Assembly: GCA_965249575.1 (NCBI GenBank)
Contig: OZ252244.1
Location: 960,001 to 1,024,000 of the forward strand
DNA: 64,000 nucleotides
Direction: 5' to 3'
From: Gemmatimonadales bacterium
Lineage (GTDB): Bacteria; Gemmatimonadota; Gemmatimonadetes; Gemmatimonadales; GWC2-71-9
Position numbers and translations under genes: made by a program
The notes under the pieces: model-generated
What the model saw: only the letters and a program-made list of their open reading frames with translations
What the model was told of the DNA's origin: nothing
The model's database searches: none
Part shown: one piece after another, positions 61,579 through 64,000 of the stretch
How positions within the stretch are numbered: the first letter of the stretch is position 1
Layout: each line of letters begins with the position of its first letter

Positions 61579-62610
61579 ATGGAAAACGAGCACGCGCCTG
61601 CTTCGTATCGCGTTCCCTTCGAGTTCACGGGCAAAGCCGGTGAGTACTTCAAGATCTGGATCGTGAACATTCTCCTCACCCTCGTAAGCCTCGGGATCTA
61701 CTCGGCGTGGGCCAAGGTGCGGACCAAACGGTACATCTACGGGAACGCGTCGCTCGACGGCTCCACGTTCGACTATCTGGCGGACCCGGTTAAGATCCTG
61801 AAAGGCCGGCTCATCGTCCTGGCGTTTTTTGTCCTCTACGTTGCGGTCTCGAATGCCGGTCTCGTGGCGCAGGGAATCTTCGGGCTCTTCATTCTAGTCG
61901 TGTTCCCATGGGTCATTGTGCGGGCCCTGGCCTTCAGGGCACGGAACACCACATATCGGAACATCCGATTCGATTTCCGCGCAAGCTATCGCCAATCCGC
62001 CGAGGTCTTCATCGGTGGGCCATTTCTCGTCGGCCTGACGCTCGGGATCGCCTATCCTTATTTCGCGTATCTCCGCAGCCGGCTCGTGGTCGATCACAGC
62101 GGCTACGGCATCACCCCATTCACGCTTTCGGCGCGTGTTGCGAGTTTCTTCCGTATCTACCTGATGGCCGGAGCCGCCCTCCTAGCCGTGGGACTGGCGA
62201 TACCGTTTCTCCTCCCTACGCTGGGAGCCGGACTCGGAGGGGAAGCGGGACCGCTTGCCGCAGTAGTCCTGGTGTTCGTGTACCTAGGGATGGCGCTCGT
62301 CGTAGTTCACGTGCGCACCTCGGTCACCAATCTCATATGGTCGAATACCTCGCTGGGCGATCACGAGTTCGAGAGCACGCTCGAAACACTTCCGATGCTG
62401 TGGCTGTATCTCTCCAATGCGATCGCCATTCTCTTGTCCGCAGGGCTGCTGGTCCCGTGGGCGACGATGCGCATGGTCCGCTACCGGCTCGACCACCTCA
62501 CGCTCTTGGCCGCGAGTGACCTGGACGAATTCGTCGCCGGTGAAGAAAACTCCGTCGCGGCAGCTGGCGAGGAGATCGTCGACTTTCTCGATGTCGACGC
62601 GGGGATATGA
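61579..62610 (+). CDS. YjgN/DUF898 membrane protein
   Basis: FTGKAGEYFKIWIVNILLT..GIYSAWAKVR. Confidence 0.9.
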   Translation: MENEHAPASYRVPFEFTGKAGEYFKIWIVNILLTLVSLGIYSAWAKVRTKRYIYGNASLDGSTFDYLADPVKILKGRLIVLAFFVLYVAVSNAGLVAQGIFGLFILVVFPWVIVRALAFRARNTTYRNIRFDFRASYRQSAEVFIGGPFLVGLTLGIAYPYFAYLRSRLVVDHSGYGITPFTLSARVASFFRIYLMAGAALLAVGLAIPFLLPTLGAGLGGEAGPLAAVVLVFVYLGMALVVVHVRTSVTNLIWSNTSLGDHEFESTLETLPMLWLYLSNAIAILLSAGLLVPWATMRMVRYRLDHLTLLAASDLDEFVAGEENSVAAAGEEIVDFLDVDAGI

Positions 62611-63626
62611 TCGAGACACCGGCGTTCCTGTACGACGGTCAGTCGTCGGAGCGTGAGGAGGTTCGCCTAGCCTTCTACCCGGCAGGACATGTGCACATCG
62701 TTGGACCGCTCACCGACGTCACCCTGCCGTTATCCGAGGTGGCCGTCTCACCGCGGATCGCCAACACGCCCCGAAGCATCTACCTCCCGGGTGGAGCGAA
62801 GTGCGAGGCGCCCGACAACGACGCGATCGATGAAGCCCTCGCCAGCCACGGGCTCGGGAGAGGGCACGCCTTCGTGCATAGGCTCGAGAGCAGCATCAAG
62901 TACGTGGTGATCGCCGTGATCGTCGCGATCGCTGCATCGTGGGGGCTCGTTCAGTTCGGCATACCTGCGCTCGCCAAAAGGGTCGCGTATGCCCTGCCGG
63001 TCTCGGTCGATGCAGCGGCCGGCCGCGATGCCCTGAAGGCCCTGGACCGAACGCTCTTCGCTCCTTCCGATATCCCGGAAAAGCGGCAGCAGGAGCTCCT
63101 CGCCGTCTTCCACGAGATCGCGAACTCGTCCGAAGTGGCGGCGGAGCCCCATCTCCAGTTTCGGCGCAGCGACCGGATCGGGCCCAACGCTCTGGCTCTT
63201 CCGTCCGGCGTGGTCATCGTGACCGACGCGCTGGTCTCGCTCGCCAAGCATGACGACGAACTCAGGGCCGTGTTCGCTCACGAGCTGGGGCATGTGGCGA
63301 ACCGTCATACGCTCCGGCGCCTGATGCAAAACGCCGCCGTGGCACTGGTCATCGCCAGCATCTCCGGCGACCTCACTTCTATCACGGCGCTTGCCGCCGG
63401 GATGCCAACCCTGCTGCTCGAGACCAAATACTCGCGTGCGTTCGAGCTGGAGGCGGACAAGTTCGCGCTCGAATACCTCGACAAGAACGAGATCGCGCGC
63501 GACCATTTCGTTCGCATTCTGACCCGACTGGACGAGGAAACGAGTCAAGGCGGTGGAGCGATCGACTATCTCGCGTCTCACCCAGCCACGAGCGACCGAG
63601 TGAAAGCTATTCGGAGGCAGGAGTAA
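62607..63626 (+). CDS. M48 family metallopeptidase
   Basis: PNALALPSG, HELGH, ELEAD, LASHP; follows yjgN as is common. Confidence 0.9.
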   Translation: MIETPAFLYDGQSSEREEVRLAFYPAGHVHIVGPLTDVTLPLSEVAVSPRIANTPRSIYLPGGAKCEAPDNDAIDEALASHGLGRGHAFVHRLESSIKYVVIAVIVAIAASWGLVQFGIPALAKRVAYALPVSVDAAAGRDALKALDRTLFAPSDIPEKRQQELLAVFHEIANSSEVAAEPHLQFRRSDRIGPNALALPSGVVIVTDALVSLAKHDDELRAVFAHELGHVANRHTLRRLMQNAAVALVIASISGDLTSITALAAGMPTLLLETKYSRAFELEADKFALEYLDKNEIARDHFVRILTRLDEETSQGGGAIDYLASHPATSDRVKAIRRQE

Positions 63627-63732
63627 GATGCGTCGGGTCGATCGGCGGTTGGGGGGGTGGCCAAGACGGCCCAGAAGGCGCCGGCACGCTTCAGGGTAAA
63701 GTCACGACGACGGACTGCTTCGATCGGTCTCT

Positions 63733-64000
63733 CTAAAAAACCGCTGTTGCCTTGAGGAAGATCGTATCATCCTGCCTTGAGGCCTGTCCGAACTCGGCCG
63801 TGCCGCGCTGGTACGCCAACTGGAACGTCCCGAACGGAGGCCGGTAGCGGTACACGAAGACAGCCTGGATATTCTCGCGGTCGATGGCTGAGTTTGTCTG
63901 CAGGAACACGCGTAGATACAGATCCCGCGTGAAGAACTGATTCAGGCGGGCCACGTGGATCCACGTCGTCTCCATGCCGGGGTCGGGGTCGAGCACCAGC
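63733..64000 (-). CDS. C-terminus of a DUF5916-like outer-membrane protein (partial)
   Basis: YRYRPPFGTF...IFLKATAVF, resembling the end of 24094..26424. Confidence 0.6.
   Translation of the reverse strand, partial: LVLDPDPGMETTWIHVARLNQFFTRDLYLRVFLQTNSAIDRENIQAVFVYRYRPPFGTFQLAYQRGTAEFGQASRQDDTIFLKATAVF

Overview
GC-rich bacterial DNA. The LADRYxIERELG kinase starts, LVIVD paralogues and DUF5916-type genes suggest Gemmatimonadota (inference). The first ~11.8 kb is an accessory region downstream of a minus-strand tRNA-His/tRNA-Trp pair. The 43-bp 3' half of tRNA-Trp recurs three more times (1435, 3758, 6510), plus a 20-bp stub at 6380. Each full copy breaks off exactly at the anticodon loop and is followed by a conserved arm: 10-bp-phased GTCCC repeats, an IHF-like box and (at 3758 and 6510) a TGGTTTGCAAA direct-repeat pair. 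These junctions cut the region into 2.3-5.2 kb integrase-free units carrying MASE1-GAF, two MscS genes and many gene fragments, with only a frameshifted tyrosine-recombinase C-terminal remnant nearby. This looks like a tandem, cassette-like array of non-autonomous tRNA-Trp-targeting elements. The other ~52 kb is mostly ordinary genes: hydrolases, glycosyltransferases, cls, tenA, arsR-arsM, an ECF sigma locus and four LVIVD paralogues. It also has inverted heptamer-repeat arrays between genes and several single-base frameshifts. Product calls come from motif recognition only; no searches were run.
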